Origin: Solirubrobacterales bacterium
GTDB taxonomy: Bacteria > Actinomycetota > Thermoleophilia > Solirubrobacterales > 70-9
Direction: 5' to 3'
NCBI GenBank assembly: GCA_009379895.1
Contig: WHSW01000006.1
Coordinates: 21,579 to 45,578 of the forward strand
DNA length: 24,000 nt
Shown here: piece after piece, positions 23,097 to 24,000 of the stretch
Layout of the letters: each line of letters opens with the position of its first letter
Position numbering within the stretch: position 1 is the stretch's first letter
Notes under the pieces: generated by a model
What the model was told of the DNA's origin: nothing
Database searches by the model: none
Seen by the model: only the letters and a program-made list of their open reading frames with translations
Program-made: the position numbers and the translations under genes

Positions 23097-24000
23097 TCAG
23101 CCGAGCTCGCGGCCGATCAGCTCGATCGTGTCCGTGTCGGTGTGCAGGTGGTGCTGGAGCATCACCCGCTCGACCCCCACGCGTTCGAGCTCGGCGAGTT
23201 GAGTCGCCGCCTCGTCAACGGTACCGATGATCCACGCATCTGGCAAGGAGGAGATCACGGAGTCCGGGTCATCGGCCGGTTCGCCGCGCCACTCGGCGAG
23301 CGCTCGGGCGCGTTCGCGCAGCCCCTCGCCGTCGGTCGCGACCAGGAGCCCGGTCATCAGCGAGAACGAGATCGGCCGGTCCGGATTCTCGCGCTCGCGG
23401 GCGGCGAGCACGGCCTCGCGGATCGGGCGGAGCTCGGCGGGGGTCTTGTAGAGCGTGTTGTACTCGTCGGCCCAGCGGGCGGCGAGCGCCACGCTCCGCG
23501 GCCGGCCCGAGCCGCCGACGATCACCCGCGGGCGCGGGTCGGGCTTCGGGCGGGCGTCGAGCCCCGATACCGAGTAGTGCTCCCCCTCGAAGCTCAGGTC
23601 AGCCTCCGTCCACTCGCCGACGATCAGCTCGAGCTGCTCGGCGAGCATCTCCATCCGCTCGCCCACCGGGGGCAGCTCGAAGCCGTAGGCCCGATGCTCG
23701 GCCTCCCACCAGCCGGCGCCGAGGCCGACCTCGATCCGCCCCGGGCCGGCGATCTCGGCGGCGGTGGCGGCGAGCTTGGCGAGGTTCGACGGGTGGCGGA
23801 AGGTGACCGGCGAGACCAGGGTGCCCAGGTGCAGGCGCTCGGTCCGCGCCGCCAGCGCGCAGATCGTCCCCCAGGCGTCGAGCGAGCCGCGGTCGCGGCG
23901 CTCGGCGACCGAGAGGTAGTGATCGGAGCGAAACAGGCCCTCGAGCCCGGCGCGCTCGCAGGCACCGGCGAGCTCGAGCCAGCGCTCCCAGCCGACGTCC
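23097..24000 (-). CDS. Luciferase-like monooxygenase (LLM) class, probably F420-dependent, oxidoreductase; partial, N-terminus outside the window
   Basis: My manual translation of the same frame upstream of the track ORF (23667..23954) stays open and family-like (GLEGLFRSDHYLSVAERRDRGSLDAWGTICALAARTERLHLGTLVSPVTFRHPSNLAKLAATAAEIAGPGRIEVGLGAGWWEAEHRAYGF). It continues into MEMLAEQLELIVGEW...RPRVIVGGSG...VERVMLQHHL. Confidence 0.8.
   Translation of the reverse strand, partial: DVGWERWLELAGACERAGLEGLFRSDHYLSVAERRDRGSLDAWGTICALAARTERLHLGTLVSPVTFRHPSNLAKLAATAAEIAGPGRIEVGLGAGWWEAEHRAYGFELPPVGERMEMLAEQLELIVGEWTEADLSFEGEHYSVSGLDARPKPDPRPRVIVGGSGRPRSVALAARWADEYNTLYKTPAELRPIREAVLAARERENPDRPISFSLMTGLLVATDGEGLRERARALAEWRGEPADDPDSVISSLPDAWIIGTVDEAATQLAELERVGVERVMLQHHLHTDTDTIELIGRELG

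Noticed and set aside
23624-23965. 113-aa minus-strand ORF, and the 69-aa + strand ORF at 22993..23202.
   Set aside because: The first is out of frame with the LLM oxidoreductase, whose own frame stays open and family-like to the window edge. The second spans the sigma promoter region and the antisense of the LLM 3' end, with low-complexity Ser/Arg/Pro content.
1-24000. Looked for tRNA or rRNA genes, CRISPR-like regularly spaced repeats, IS or transposase or integrase genes, phage genes, toxin-antitoxin pairs, and defence-system signatures.
   Set aside because: None found. All sizeable ORFs with coding-like composition are accounted for by the respiratory, housekeeping or hypothetical membrane genes listed. 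No regularly spaced repeat array or terminal inverted repeats were seen.

Overview
Very GC-rich (by eye about 70% or more, with strong GC3 bias) actinobacterium-like chromosomal segment. Positions 1-10360 are one minus-strand complex I operon, nuoA-B-C-D-E-F-G-H-I-J-K plus the first codons of nuoL. Nearly every cistron junction overlaps (GTGA, ATGA, TGATG, TAATG, TAGTG). The remaining 13.6 kb is mixed housekeeping or accessory: two small membrane or secreted proteins of unknown function, a USP-ABC1/UbiB kinase fusion, a class III cyclase remnant, a flavin reductase, a lipoprotein cytochrome c, serS, msrB, a double-hotdog thioesterase-like protein, an orphan LuxR-type response regulator, an HdeD-like protein, a membrane protein plus YihY/BrkB pair, a frameshifted SDR oxidoreductase, an RpoD-family sigma factor with a near-consensus promoter, and a partial LLM-class oxidoreductase. 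I saw no tRNA or rRNA, CRISPR array, transposase, integrase or recognisable defence or toxin system, and I cannot support a novel multi-gene system here. Four signals are worth a second look. (1) A short GC-rich repeat (exact 21-mer) sits in-frame and in both orientations in low-complexity tails or loops of nuoJ, nuoG (x2), nuoF and nuoD. (2) The only real intercistronic gap of the operon (nuoH-nuoI, 94 nt) carries a perfect 9-nt anti-SD:SD pair plus a competing 9-bp pair. (3) A C-terminal half of an adenylate/guanylate cyclase domain is wedged between a flavin reductase and a USP-ABC1 kinase and translationally coupled to the kinase. (4) An SDR gene has its Rossmann N-terminus and its catalytic body in different frames. 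Many long Arg/Ala/Gly/Pro-rich ORFs in the six-frame track are antisense or out-of-frame artefacts of the GC content.
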